A stretch of 64,000 bases of DNA from a virus. The translations under genes and the position numbers were made by a program. Every line of letters begins with the position of its first letter. Within the stretch, counting starts at the first letter, position 1. Under the pieces are notes generated by a model. That model searched no databases. It saw only the letters and a program-made list of their open reading frames with translations, and was not told the DNA's origin. Positions 1-10,204 of this stretch are shown here, piece after piece. The stretch is taken from IMG/VR virus record IMGVR_UViG_3300042013_000045, positions 96,001 through 160,000 of that record; one strand, 5' to 3'.

Positions 1-126
1 ACCCCTGCTGCGCTGGCCCCGTCCTTGGCTGCCATCGGCCAAAGTCAAACCGACCTCGTCGCTCTGGTAGATGAAATGACTGCTGCGTTCAACGCCGCTG
101 CCGATGACATCGACCCTGCCGCCTAA
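1..126 (+). CDS. 3' end of a gene running in from the left edge (Ala-rich C-terminus, possibly virion/fibre protein)
   Basis: Open frame 1 (TPAALAPSLAAIGQSQTDLVALVDEMTAAFNAAADDIDPAA*), TAA at 124-126, followed by a terminator hairpin. Confidence 0.6.
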   Translation, partial: TPAALAPSLAAIGQSQTDLVALVDEMTAAFNAAADDIDPAA

Positions 127-147
127 GACCGCACACGCGGTATAAAA

Positions 148-185
148 CATAGAGCCCCGGAGCATTGCTGCTCCGGGGCTCTATG
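148..185. terminator. Bidirectional hairpin terminator between convergent genes
   Basis: CATAGAGCCCCGGAGCA-ttgc-TGCTCCGGGGCTCTATG perfect inverted repeat. Confidence 0.8.
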
Positions 186-188
186 CTG

Positions 189-728
189 TCAGTCGATGGT
201 TCTGACCTGACCTTCGTCAGTCATGCGGATACGGCCTTCATCTGTAATCCGACGGATACCGCCCGACCAGAAGATGTTGATCGTCTTCTTCCCGATGTAA
301 ATGAGGGAATCAGGCTTGGCTACCAAGTCAATGGAGGTGTAGAACAACAGAGAACCCAGTGGGTCTTCCAAGTCCAAGTCAAACTCACCGTCTACGAGGT
401 TGAACTTACCGTCGATGTACGCAATGAATGCTTCCTTGTCATTCACGTCCGTCAGGTCTTCGATGTCAATGCTGAAGTCTGGGTAGTACTTCTCAATGTC
501 AGCCCGAGCGTAGTAGAGGTCCACCTCATCCTTTACGGAACTACCAGCCCTACTCTTGACCAAGACGATACTGTTATCGCCGTCAGGATCGTCTACAGGA
601 CGGGGTAGGTCTACTTCCACCTCATTGCTGGTCAACTTGATCTTGTTGTTACGGTAGACCAAGCTGAAGAAGTTCTCCAGCGCAGACTTCTCTGGGTCGA
701 ACTGGAAACGATCGCAATACTCGGACAT
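189..728 (-). CDS. Putative virion structural protein
   Basis: Acidic 179 aa ORF with YYARAD motif and C-terminal RITDEG/RMTDEG repeat, resembling phiKZ-like structural proteins. Confidence 0.5.
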   Translation of the reverse strand: MSEYCDRFQFDPEKSALENFFSLVYRNNKIKLTSNEVEVDLPRPVDDPDGDNSIVLVKSRAGSSVKDEVDLYYARADIEKYYPDFSIDIEDLTDVNDKEAFIAYIDGKFNLVDGEFDLDLEDPLGSLLFYTSIDLVAKPDSLIYIGKKTINIFWSGGIRRITDEGRIRMTDEGQVRTID

Positions 729-752
729 AGGTCACCTGTTGGAAGTGGGGCA

Positions 753-1118
753 TCATACTATTTCGCCGCAATACTCAAAGGGTATCCCGTTATCCTCAGC
801 GATCTCCCCTATGACTTCAATGTAGATGTGACGGTGGCAGAACTTACCCGCTGTGCAGTAACACGCTACCGCTTTATCCGCATCGCCTTCCAATAGCTCT
901 TCGAAGGCCTCAGGGGTAGCTAGGAGCTGTCTGTGCATCTTCTCCCGATAAAGCCTCGTGTATTCCTCATCCGTCACTTCACCGCGCTTATACGCCCAGA
1001 GAACATCAGGGGTCGGAGCGAACCGTTGATCGCCTGACTTGACCGTAATGTCAAACAACTCAATCCCTAACGCCTTGGCTTTCCTCCATTGGGGGATAGC
1101 GACTGTGTACCATTTCAT
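753..1118 (-). CDS. DUF488-like protein
   Basis: FAPT..L motif and ACYC....CHR motif; AGGAGG RBS precedes the ATG at 1118. Confidence 0.6.
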   Translation of the reverse strand: MKWYTVAIPQWRKAKALGIELFDITVKSGDQRFAPTPDVLWAYKRGEVTDEEYTRLYREKMHRQLLATPEAFEELLEGDADKAVACYCTAGKFCHRHIYIEVIGEIAEDNGIPFEYCGEIV

Positions 1119-1624
1119 ACTACCCTCCTGCTGGGTAAGCGCATAAAGAGAGGGTGGAACGGTTGCCCGTCCACCCTTCCTGACGTACTGGTATTCCACA
1201 GTGATCATCCCCTAGGCAACCTTCAGTCAAGCCGGGACCGAAAGTGCCTAGAGGCTGTACACTGCTCTAGTCTTGGTGAGGAGCGGGCACCTTGACCAGA
1301 ACAACAGCGATGCGGAGAGACAAGCCCTGCAACGCGTCATCGTTTACCACGCAGACACCAAGTTGCGGTCGAGTCCATGCCAGACTCACTTGGACCGAAT
1401 GGAACCAAACCCTCATTCACCTTGCTATCACGACGAGTTCGCAAGGCTTGCAACAAAATAAGCGGAACAGGGGACCCGAAGGTCCCCGTCCTAGTGAGCG
1501 GCACGCTGGCCGCGGGAAGGGATGCACTGAACCCTTCCGTCGACGCCGTTAGGCGTATGCAGGGAGATAGCCTTTTGTTAAAGAACGTATTTCCTACATA
1601 TAATGGTAGAAGGAGAGTATTAAA

Positions 1625-2815
1625 TTACGGCTCTTCTTCTTCTTTCAGCTTCTTCTCGGCCTCTTCCTTCTCCTTGGCTTCAGCTTCTTTCTCAGCATCG
1701 GTTTTCTCGATGGTGAAAGCGCCTGGCTCGGACAGTACATCGTCGTCACCATCAGTAGCGTCAGGATTTTCAGTAGGAGGAGTGCTGTCGTCGCCGGAAC
1801 CGGTTGTAGGAACCTCTTCAACAACTGGTTCTTCAACCACGACTTGATCGCCATCGCCTGCAACCGCGGCAGCAGCTTCAGCTTCGGCCAGAGCAGGATC
1901 AACCGCTTCGTCACCAGCGCCACCAGTAGCAGCGGCTGCGTCAGCATCGATCACTGCATCAGGATCAGTTGGATCGGTAGCAGCAGCACCGTCGGTGCCA
2001 GCAGCAGGTTCAGCATTACCGGTGTTGGTGGTAGTGGAGACTTTGACACCTTCATCTACCTTCACGCCGGAAGCATCTTCACCGCGAGCTTTTTCAGTCA
2101 GCTTGGTGCCGAGGTCAGAACCGTCATCAGGACCGGTTGCTTGATCAGCTTCGGAGCGAGCGTCACTCACCTTGGTTTCGGCCACTTCACGAGCGTTGTC
2201 GACCACCTGAGTGATACGATCAACAGCGTCGGTCAGATCGCCCAGCACTTGAGTCGCTTCGAGATCTTCGACGGAGATGCTCAGCGCGTCGGTGATTGCC
2301 GGTACTTGCTTGATGAAGTGCACAGCCATCGGACGCAGGTTGTCGACAGTGATGCCTTCCATGCTGGCCATGGTTTTCAGAGCGCCCAGACCGCTGTGGT
2401 ACACGTTGATCTCAGCCGCTTGCTGTTCCAGACTTTCCAGCGAAGGGCCGGCAGTCATTTGGTCGCGAGTGGTGAACGGTTGCTCGACTTCTTCTTCAGC
2501 TTTGGTGGCCAGGTGCTCTTCGAGCTTAGCCACGGTAGTGAGATGAGGTTGCAGGATGTCTTGCATGATCAACTCAACTTTGGCAGCTGGGTCAGTCACG
2601 CCGTCAATCTTGACCATCTCTTCGTCCAGGCCAGCCGGTTCCAGCACGTCCTCGGTCAGAGTCGTGTAAGCAACCGCGTCGCTGTCCTCCATAGAAGGCT
2701 TGGCAAGTAGGGCCTGGCCGACAACCATCAGCGATTCAAGACTGGAACGGAATGCAACGGTGGCGGCGTGCTGCTCCCGTGCAGTCGGGGTAGCGGTCTT
2801 GTTAACTTGAGTCAT
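1625..2815 (-). CDS. Internal head-type protein (phiKZ-like, likely prohead-protease processed)
   Basis: Multiple S-x-E motifs (SLE, SME, SLESLE, SME, SVE) and long acidic Ala-rich tail; start MTQVNK after AGAGGA. Confidence 0.6.
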   Translation of the reverse strand: MTQVNKTATPTAREQHAATVAFRSSLESLMVVGQALLAKPSMEDSDAVAYTTLTEDVLEPAGLDEEMVKIDGVTDPAAKVELIMQDILQPHLTTVAKLEEHLATKAEEEVEQPFTTRDQMTAGPSLESLEQQAAEINVYHSGLGALKTMASMEGITVDNLRPMAVHFIKQVPAITDALSISVEDLEATQVLGDLTDAVDRITQVVDNAREVAETKVSDARSEADQATGPDDGSDLGTKLTEKARGEDASGVKVDEGVKVSTTTNTGNAEPAAGTDGAAATDPTDPDAVIDADAAAATGGAGDEAVDPALAEAEAAAAVAGDGDQVVVEEPVVEEVPTTGSGDDSTPPTENPDATDGDDDVLSEPGAFTIEKTDAEKEAEAKEKEEAEKKLKEEEEP

Positions 2816-2865
2816 CTTATGATCCTCTTTTATCCTAATTCCCTTGCTATTAAAGGAATAGAACA

Positions 2866-4968
2866 ATGTACGGTAGTGTTGCACGACTCGTTGGGTTCGT
2901 GTCTGTTAAAGAAACGGATTCTCACATTATAGTGAATGGTATCCCTGGATTGCGGTTCAGTCGAGACGTGTATAATTACTGGAAGACCAGTAAGATCAAC
3001 AACAACATGTTTTCGGCAATCTCCAAATCCCAGGTCAAGTTCCCGAAGTTCTTCGCGATCGAAGTCGACTATATGTTCCAACGGCTCCTAGAGAGTCGTC
3101 GCACATCAGTCTCCCGTCGCATCCTTCAGAAGTCGATTGAGGAGTTGAAGTCTCATACATGGTTGAGTAAAATCGGTTCTGGTCAGTTCAACAGTAAGCT
3201 GGACTTCAGCAAACTAAAGGACCTGAACGTCACACTATTTGCCCACCAACTTTCTTTTTTACAGACGTACGACGTTACCACGCAGGAATATTCCCTCAAT
3301 GGGATGCTCATGGACGTGGCGGCTGGTGGCGGTAAAACCATCACCGGATATGCCCTTGGCCACCTTTTGGGTTCTGACACACAGATCTACGTGGTGCCTA
3401 AGAACTCCGCGGTTGACGTGTGGGAGAAGACCATCGCTAAGCAGCTCCCTGCATACGGGGGTGAGTACTTCTTCAAGAACGGTGTACCAGACTACTGGTC
3501 GTCCATGCACGGTACTGAGCCATCGCTGGGCAAGAAGATCTACATCGTTCACTACGACTACCTCGAGAAGTTCCTGAAGTTCGTCAAGGCCAACAAACGC
3601 GCTTTTGGCAAGACCTTCATCGACATCGACGAGTCGCACAACTTCAACGAAGAGTCGCAGCGTACCGGTACGTTGATTGACCTGTGCCTGACCTTGGACG
3701 CCAAAGACGTGGTACACGCCTCGGGTACGCCATTCAAGGCCATGGGCTCTGAAGCGATCACTCTGCTGTCGACCATCTGCCGCGACTTCACTCCTGAGGC
3801 TAAGGCAGCCTTCCGGAAGATCTTTGGTAAGGAAGCCAAACGCGCTAACGAGATCTTGGCTAACCGGATCGGCATTGTTTCCTTTAAGGTACACAAGGCG
3901 GACATCGAGACCCCAGGCGTGGATTACCACACGGTCAAGGTCAAGATCCCTAACGGCGATCTGTACACCCTGGATGCCATCCGCATCAAGATGACCGCGT
4001 TCATCGATTCGCAGATGAAGATGTACCAGAAAGGGATGCCTGAGTACCAGCAACTGTACGACCTGTGCATGGAACTCCATGGCAAGTCTTTGGCACGAGC
4101 GGCTCCTGTACAGATCAAGGCTTTTGAACTGTACAAGACTTACATCAAACAGATCCGTAGGGGTTACGATCCTGTGACCATGAAAGACATGGTGATGTAC
4201 TGCAACCGTTACGAGCTGAAGAACATTGTGCCTTCGCTGCCAGAAGCGTACCGTAAGCCGTTCATCAATGTACGGGCTATCATCAAGTACGTGGAACTGA
4301 AGGTCTTGGGTGAAGCGCTGTCGCAGGTACTGGGCAAGTTGCGTATCCAGTGTCATTTGGACATGCTGGCGAACATGGGTCTTGAAGACATCATCGACAA
4401 CGCGCAGAAGAAGACAGTGATCTTTACCAGCTACGTCGAAGTGGTCAAGTCGTTGGAACTGGCATTGCCGCAGGCTGGGTATAAGCCGCTCTTCGTTTAT
4501 GGTGAGACCAACAAAGACTTGCCAGCGATCATCAAGAAGTTCCATGAAGACCCAGATGCCAACCCACTGGTAGCGACCTTCAAGTCACTGTCCACTGCTG
4601 TTCCGCTGACGGCTGCCAACACACTCGCCTTCACGAACTCCCCGTTCCGTGACTACGAACGTACGCAGACCATCGCACGGGTTGACCGCATCGGTCAGGA
4701 CCAGCGTTGCCATGTGCACGACATCTTCTTGGACACTGGGGAATCGCCAAACATCTCCACGCGCTCTAAGGACATCTTGAGCTGGAGTAAGGAACAGGTC
4801 GAAACGATTCTGGGTGTGAAGACACCGGATGACATTGAGGCTTCTCTGGAGGACTTAGCAGAGAACCCGAATGCTACCCTGACCTCCGCTGAGGACTTCA
4901 TCGAGAAGCTCAAAGCAGAGCTGCCGATCGACGTCATCGAGACTGATGGCATCGAGCGCGAGGAATAA
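2866..4968 (+). CDS. SF2 (SNF2/DEAD-like) helicase
   Basis: Walker A AAGGGKT, DESH motif II, SGT motif III, QTIARVDRIGQ motif VI. Confidence 0.9.
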   Translation: MYGSVARLVGFVSVKETDSHIIVNGIPGLRFSRDVYNYWKTSKINNNMFSAISKSQVKFPKFFAIEVDYMFQRLLESRRTSVSRRILQKSIEELKSHTWLSKIGSGQFNSKLDFSKLKDLNVTLFAHQLSFLQTYDVTTQEYSLNGMLMDVAAGGGKTITGYALGHLLGSDTQIYVVPKNSAVDVWEKTIAKQLPAYGGEYFFKNGVPDYWSSMHGTEPSLGKKIYIVHYDYLEKFLKFVKANKRAFGKTFIDIDESHNFNEESQRTGTLIDLCLTLDAKDVVHASGTPFKAMGSEAITLLSTICRDFTPEAKAAFRKIFGKEAKRANEILANRIGIVSFKVHKADIETPGVDYHTVKVKIPNGDLYTLDAIRIKMTAFIDSQMKMYQKGMPEYQQLYDLCMELHGKSLARAAPVQIKAFELYKTYIKQIRRGYDPVTMKDMVMYCNRYELKNIVPSLPEAYRKPFINVRAIIKYVELKVLGEALSQVLGKLRIQCHLDMLANMGLEDIIDNAQKKTVIFTSYVEVVKSLELALPQAGYKPLFVYGETNKDLPAIIKKFHEDPDANPLVATFKSLSTAVPLTAANTLAFTNSPFRDYERTQTIARVDRIGQDQRCHVHDIFLDTGESPNISTRSKDILSWSKEQVETILGVKTPDDIEASLEDLAENPNATLTSAEDFIEKLKAELPIDVIETDGIEREE

Positions 4969-4988
4969 AGAAAAAAAGAAAGACATCT

Positions 4989-5019
4989 CCCGGAGCCTTT
5001 CGGCTCCGGGTGTATGCCG
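4989..5019 (+). terminator. Hairpin + TATGCCG terminator
   Basis: CCGGAGCC-tttc-GGCTCCGG followed by TGTATGCCG, between convergent genes. Confidence 0.75.
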
Positions 5020-5020
5020 C

Positions 5021-5416
5021 TTACAGAGGGAACTTGGTCAGACCGTCACCGCCGAACATGGATTGGCCATCGGCGTAGTCGATCTGTTCCATCATGCCCA
5101 GTACTGGGCGGGTAACGGTTACGTCGATCCGATCAGTGTCAGTGTGGTTAACACGTACCTTGACCGGGGTTTCTTTCGCACGTGCAGAAGTACCCATCAC
5201 GCCTTCCATTTCGGATTCGTTAGGGGTGATGACGGTTTCACGCTCGTGGATGTGGATGGTCTTCGAAGCAGTGTTGGTACGGGTGTGGGAGCCACTGTTA
5301 GCCATCGCAGTCAGGATGGCTTTGGCAGCTTTAGGGTTTTTCTTTGCAGCTTTGTAGCCCAGGTAGCCAACACCAGCAACACCAACAAGGATAGCAGCAG
5401 CTTTGAGAAAGGACAT
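5021..5416 (-). CDS. Hypothetical protein with N-terminal hydrophobic segment
   Basis: GGAG RBS, hydrophobic N-terminus. Confidence 0.6.
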   Translation of the reverse strand: MSFLKAAAILVGVAGVGYLGYKAAKKNPKAAKAILTAMANSGSHTRTNTASKTIHIHERETVITPNESEMEGVMGTSARAKETPVKVRVNHTDTDRIDVTVTRPVLGMMEQIDYADGQSMFGGDGLTKFPL

Positions 5417-5457
5417 GGTTGTATCTCCAATAGATCGTAGGTTAGGTGCAGCAAGGT

Positions 5458-5775
5458 TTAGTGCAGGACTGACACCCCGTTTGCTACGAGGGTCGATTTC
5501 ATCTTCTCTACCCAGACTTCCTGGGGTGGACGTTTGCCTCGGTTGTTTGCAATGCGACGACGGACGTCACGGGTGGTTGCCAACAGCCACAGCGGGTAGT
5601 AACCACAGTTGCCCGAGGACGGGTCACCATGACGTACCAGCAGATCGTGATCCAGTACTTTCACTTCAGCGGGATCTACCGCCACGTACGTGATGCCTGT
5701 GTCGGCTTCCACCTTGGTGAAGAGGATGCCGTCGTGGTGATGTACTTCTACTTGCCCTGTGTTCATTTGGTCCAC
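5458..5775 (-). CDS. Hypothetical protein
   Basis: Overlaps upstream ORF end, GAGGAG RBS. Confidence 0.6.
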   Translation of the reverse strand: MDQMNTGQVEVHHHDGILFTKVEADTGITYVAVDPAEVKVLDHDLLVRHGDPSSGNCGYYPLWLLATTRDVRRRIANNRGKRPPQEVWVEKMKSTLVANGVSVLH

Positions 5776-6419
5776 TCCTCAACAAAGTGTTCGATTTCAT
5801 TACGTTTAAGGTCCCACTCAAGATCCTGTTCCTCACGAGTGAGGTAGGAGTCCCGAATGGCTTTCTCTGTGAACGCGTGAGAGGCTGGGAAGTAAAGGAA
5901 CTTACCGTTCAGCTCAAAGCGTACCAGGTATGCGTTTGGAATCAGGTTGCCGATAGACAACCCCATGCGATCCACGTACAGCTGTGCCACTAGGCGATCT
6001 TCCAGCGCTTCGTAGAAGTCTTGATTCTTAACAAAGATCAGACCTTTCGAAGCGTGCTTGATAACCGTCTGGCCCACGTGATCCTTCTTGGCAATGTATG
6101 CGCCTTCAGGATGGTTCACCGCTACGTGGATAGTGTGCCGCGAAGTGCCCAGTTGGACAAAGCGACGTTTGTGCATAGCGCAGGCCAGCGCAATAACTGG
6201 TGGCACAGCTTGGAGGCTGTACGACATGTTACTGTTGTAGGCAATGCGCTCGTCTTCCGTTTGTTCGTACTTCACCACGAGGATAGAACCCCGCAGTTCG
6301 TACCCGATGGACTCGTGGTAGGTAGGCAGTTCGCTTACCCACAGGTTCTCGGATACTTCCTTCGAGTTATAAGTCAGCTCGAGGAGGTCTTGACTGGTGA
6401 CAGCGGCTTCGTAATGCAT
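5763..6419 (-). CDS. Hypothetical protein
   Basis: 218 aa ORF, AGGAG RBS. Confidence 0.7.
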   Translation of the reverse strand: MHYEAAVTSQDLLELTYNSKEVSENLWVSELPTYHESIGYELRGSILVVKYEQTEDERIAYNSNMSYSLQAVPPVIALACAMHKRRFVQLGTSRHTIHVAVNHPEGAYIAKKDHVGQTVIKHASKGLIFVKNQDFYEALEDRLVAQLYVDRMGLSIGNLIPNAYLVRFELNGKFLYFPASHAFTEKAIRDSYLTREEQDLEWDLKRNEIEHFVEEWTK

Positions 6420-6454
6420 TTTTGATCTCCTAATAGATCATGGTTAAGGGTGTA

Positions 6455-6727
6455 TCAGTACAGCAGACCGCGTGTTTCAGAGCAAGCTTGTTGGATCTGT
6501 TTACCCAACTCAAGGTCAACAGCCAACGGAGACTCAGCGCTGAAGTACTTCTCCTTCTTGGCAATGATGTCATCGAGCTTGTCACGGAAGCCTTTGGTGG
6601 AAAGGATATTGGAAATCCCCTCCAAGTGTTTTGCAGTGTTGATCCGCAATTGCAGACCGTCCAGTGCGTGTTGCACCGCCATTACTTCGCCGGTATAGAT
6701 GACCGGGCTGGTTGCGAGTGTTCTCAT
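6455..6727 (-). CDS. Hypothetical protein
   Basis: AGGAG RBS, fits operon. Confidence 0.6.
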   Translation of the reverse strand: MRTLATSPVIYTGEVMAVQHALDGLQLRINTAKHLEGISNILSTKGFRDKLDDIIAKKEKYFSAESPLAVDLELGKQIQQACSETRGLLY

Positions 6728-6776
6728 GATGCGCTCCTAGACTGGGGCTACGGAATGTAGCCCCAGCATACGTGGG

Positions 6777-8063
6777 TTACTTGGCTTCGGTTTCAGCTAC
6801 AGCAGCTGGAACTTCGACCACTTCTTTTTCTTTCGACTGATTGACAATGAACTCCGCCATGTCCAACAGTTTCTTCTGGTCATCAGACATAACCGGAGCA
6901 CTACTACCCATCATGGTGCGGAACATGCTTGGCATATGCAGGTCCATCATCATGTTACGTTCGCTTGGGGTCTCGGACTTATCTTTGGTCAGCGCAGGGT
7001 CGTGGAAGCGATTGTTAACAGTCGCCTGCACAGTGCTACGCCATTCTTCCCGTGCCAACAGAATCAAATCGCCTTCCAATACGAACTGGCGCTCGACACC
7101 GAGGAAGGTTTCTTCGAGAACTTGGTTGCGAGCCTCGCCGTCGAAGTCGACCTTGTAGATCGGCTCTGGATCGGTTTCGGTCTTCAGTTCGAGGGAGAAC
7201 TTGCGACCTGGTGATGGTACCAGCTTGATGTAGCCGTAGAACGGTTCGCCTTTGTAGATGACCTTGCTTGGGGTCAGGTGCGGATAGACCGCAGGCGGGC
7301 AGTTCAGGATCTCGATCCGGCGGTTGAATTCCAGGTAGTTCCCGGCTTCAGCGGCGATCGGCATCAGGAAGCGCAGCATGTCGAACGTCACCGTGTTGGA
7401 ATGCACGTAGGCGTTGAGCATTTGAGCCATTTCATTGTCCAGGCCGTGGTCGTCCATCATTTCGATGATGGCCAGCGGGTCGAGGGCTTTGAAGTCGATG
7501 CGGAACAGGAAACGACCAGGGCGGTCGATCATGTACTTGTCGAGTTCCTTCTTGCTGTTGCTGGTGACGATGAACATCACCTTCTTGAACGAGGAGTCCG
7601 AGAAGTAGGTCAGCAGGTCACGACGTTCTTTGGCAGGATAGATCTTGCCGAACTCGTCGAAGTAGACGATGCAAGAACCCATCATGGTGGTGGCTCGCGC
7701 CAGTACCGATGGAGAGATAGCACGGTCAACCAACAGCACTGGCATGTACTTGGCCAGACCTTCGTTGCAGATGTCTTCGGCCAGAGCCGATTTACCTGCA
7801 CCCTTGATACCGCGCAGCAGGACACCCACGGAACCTTCTTGTTTATTGAAGGCTGCCATGATTTCTGCTTTGTTAGCGTTGTGCTTGCCGTAGAACTTTG
7901 CAGCCACGTCAAACTTCGGACGATCCGGTACCAGGAACAGATCGTTGGTCAACGGGTGTTCGCGCAGACGGTACACCATCGGTGGGACATGGTCGGTCAC
8001 ATTAGCGTCGCTGACGTGACGGATTACGATGGTGCCATCTTCGTTGAACAGTTTAGTAGACAT
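6777..8063 (-). CDS. AAA+ ATPase
   Basis: Walker A GIKGAGKS, Walker B VYFDEF, second region of homology DRPGRF. Confidence 0.9.
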   Translation of the reverse strand: MSTKLFNEDGTIVIRHVSDANVTDHVPPMVYRLREHPLTNDLFLVPDRPKFDVAAKFYGKHNANKAEIMAAFNKQEGSVGVLLRGIKGAGKSALAEDICNEGLAKYMPVLLVDRAISPSVLARATTMMGSCIVYFDEFGKIYPAKERRDLLTYFSDSSFKKVMFIVTSNSKKELDKYMIDRPGRFLFRIDFKALDPLAIIEMMDDHGLDNEMAQMLNAYVHSNTVTFDMLRFLMPIAAEAGNYLEFNRRIEILNCPPAVYPHLTPSKVIYKGEPFYGYIKLVPSPGRKFSLELKTETDPEPIYKVDFDGEARNQVLEETFLGVERQFVLEGDLILLAREEWRSTVQATVNNRFHDPALTKDKSETPSERNMMMDLHMPSMFRTMMGSSAPVMSDDQKKLLDMAEFIVNQSKEKEVVEVPAAVAETEAK

Positions 8064-8128
8064 GGTGTTTCCTCAATGGTTAAGTGAAGCAAAGGTTGTG
8101 GGGATGGAATGTTCCATCCCCTCGGGTA

Positions 8129-8392
8129 TTACATGTTATCAGAGCCCGTGTTGATCACGCCCTTCTTGCAGATCAGACAGATGCAGTCGTGCTTGAAGCT
8201 CACGTCGAACCCTTCCTTCTGCAACTCCAAACCAACCTTACGGCCGATGAAGTGGCTGTCACAGAACTCTTCTAAGTCCTTGATCGACTGAGGCCATGTC
8301 TCAGGGTCGCCATCAAAGACGTACTGACGGTCAGGAACCGTAGCATCGCCTTCAACAGCTTCGATCAGGGCACGCAGCTTTTCAATATCCAT
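8129..8392 (-). CDS. Hypothetical protein
   Basis: AAGGAG RBS, directly downstream of early-type promoter. Confidence 0.6.
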   Translation of the reverse strand: MDIEKLRALIEAVEGDATVPDRQYVFDGDPETWPQSIKDLEEFCDSHFIGRKVGLELQKEGFDVSFKHDCICLICKKGVINTGSDNM

Positions 8393-8416
8393 GGTGTTCT
8401 CCTTAAGAACGGGGTA

Positions 8417-8478
8417 GATAGAAGAGAATGTTCTTCCTATTCACCTCTACAATGTATTGCCAAGATATTTTCGAATTG
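8417..8478 (-). promoter_or_regulatory. Early-type promoter (TACATTGT) with 5' leader hairpin
   Basis: Minus strand ATTCGA...TACATTGT..GTGAATAG; similar modules at 13236-13295 and 52302-52360. Confidence 0.65.
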
Positions 8479-8486
8479 AAGCGATG

Positions 8487-8521
8487 CGGCATAAAGCCGG
8501 GACCGAAGTCCCGGCTTTATG
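8487..8521 (-). terminator. Hairpin + TATGCCG terminator
   Basis: CATAAAGCCGGGAC-cgaa-GTCCCGGCTTTATG; TATGCCG on the minus-strand 3' side. Confidence 0.8.
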
Positions 8522-8773
8522 TTACTGGAAGAGCGCAGTATTCTTTGCGTTGATCTTCTCGATGTTGCTGTTGCATTCAGTTGTCTTCACTACCTGTCCC
8601 GTGTAAGCCTGGGTCATCATGACCAAACGCTCGTCCACACTCCCTCTCAGGTACGTTTGAGGTGAAGGGGGTTTAGCGTACTCGCACTCCGGCGTAGGGG
8701 TGTAGCTCCAACGTGTGCACCCTGCGGTAGTCACAACGACCACCATCAGGAAAATAACTGCTAATATTCTCAT
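8522..8773 (-). CDS. o-spanin (Rz1-like lipoprotein)
   Basis: Signal peptide with lipobox TAGC, Pro-rich, Cys residues, directly downstream of i-spanin. Confidence 0.7.
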   Translation of the reverse strand: MRILAVIFLMVVVVTTAGCTRWSYTPTPECEYAKPPSPQTYLRGSVDERLVMMTQAYTGQVVKTTECNSNIEKINAKNTALFQ

Positions 8774-8776
8774 GCG

Positions 8777-9277
8777 TTACTCCTTGCGGTAGGGCTTGCA
8801 GATCTCCGCCTTATGGTCAGTGGCGATGCAGTAAGCCTTCCAGCTATTGCTCAAAGCCTGTGTACCGATCTGATCGGAAGTAGCACGGTCTTTAGCGGTT
8901 CCCTGTACTTTCACAGGCACGATCTTGTCCTTGTACTTGGTCACTTCAATGACCTCAGGGACAGCTTTCGGTCCTTCGATCTGGATAGGTGGCAGGTCGT
9001 AACGAGCCATGCACAACAAGTCGATGTTCGATTGATCAAGGTCAGCGAACTTCTCTTCCCGTTGTTTCTGGGTATCGTCTACCGACTTGACACGTAAATC
9101 GAGACCCTCTGCCTTCTTCTTCCAATCAGCGGCAGCAGTCACAGCAGCGTCCCGTTCGCTGTGTAAATCCAAGACGTAGTTACCGAATGCAACAACAGCG
9201 ATGAGGCCTATGATGATCATAAGCGCTTTGACTGAGATTCCACCGATGAACGTCCTTAGCGCGGTTATAAAGCCCAT
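8777..9277 (-). CDS. i-spanin (Rz-like)
   Basis: Single N-terminal TM helix, coiled-coil, C-terminal Cys residues. Confidence 0.7.
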   Translation of the reverse strand: MGFITALRTFIGGISVKALMIIIGLIAVVAFGNYVLDLHSERDAAVTAAADWKKKAEGLDLRVKSVDDTQKQREEKFADLDQSNIDLLCMARYDLPPIQIEGPKAVPEVIEVTKYKDKIVPVKVQGTAKDRATSDQIGTQALSNSWKAYCIATDHKAEICKPYRKE

Positions 9278-9352
9278 GGCTATTTACCTGTAAGATGATT
9301 CATAGTAGACGGCATAAAAGGAGAGCCTAAGCCCTCCTCTTATGTTTAAGCC

Positions 9353-10144
9353 TTAGTAGGCCGATGCCTGAACTGGGTTCAGGTGAAGCAGTACGGACAA
9401 CGGTTGGGTCACCGAGGTGCTGTTGCGCGTGACGACAGCGGACAGTTTGGTCAGGCCACGGAACGCTTTGCGCTGGCTACGGCGGTTCTCGTAAGCCAGC
9501 ACCGCTTTCAACACGCTGGTGATGGTCTTTTCGATGGCCAGGCGCTTCTTCGAGATCTGCTTGGCAGTCACGTGCAGTTGGCGATAAGCAACGCCGCCTT
9601 TGTCGCTGAAGAAGTTGATGGTGTAGTCAGAACCCAGCGGATTAGTCTGTGCCAGTACGGTGTGGTCGATCGGATCGGTGTCCAACATGGTCACAACCGG
9701 CGGGGTAAACAAGGCGCGCTGTTCGAAACCGGTCGGCAGGGCTTCCGCTACAGCAGACTTGACATCGGCTGTTGGTTTGATCGCTGGCTTCGCAGTAACG
9801 CGCTTGGCGGCTGGTTTAGCAACAGGGGTCGCTGGAATAGCGGTCTTCTTGATGCCGTCAGCTGGGGCGATCTTGGCCACTGGCTTCTTCGCCGCCGCCG
9901 GCAGTACAGTGCCGACTGGTTTCTTACTGGCTGGCAGTTTCTTTGCAGTAGCCGGTTTAACAGCAGGGGCAGTTGGGGCTTTCTTCGCCACGGCGGGCTT
10001 CTTTACTGCTGGAGCCTTGATCGAAGCGGCCGGCTTTTTAGCGGCAGCAGGCTTCTTGGCTGGAGCAGGTTTCTTCGCTACTGGTTTGGCAGCGGTGGTG
10101 GTGGCTGGTTTCTTCGGTGCAGCGGCTTTCTTTGGAGCTGGCAT
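9353..10144 (-). CDS. Histone H1-like / AlgP-like Lys-Pro-Ala-rich basic protein
   Basis: About 130 aa of KKPA/KPAA repeats followed by a globular-looking C-terminus. Confidence 0.65.
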   Translation of the reverse strand: MPAPKKAAAPKKPATTTAAKPVAKKPAPAKKPAAAKKPAASIKAPAVKKPAVAKKAPTAPAVKPATAKKLPASKKPVGTVLPAAAKKPVAKIAPADGIKKTAIPATPVAKPAAKRVTAKPAIKPTADVKSAVAEALPTGFEQRALFTPPVVTMLDTDPIDHTVLAQTNPLGSDYTINFFSDKGGVAYRQLHVTAKQISKKRLAIEKTITSVLKAVLAYENRRSQRKAFRGLTKLSAVVTRNSTSVTQPLSVLLHLNPVQASAY

Positions 10145-10204
10145 GGAGTGATCCTTACTTCGTTATGGGAATGAAATGTTTCCCTCATATCTCGGATGAG
10201 GTGG

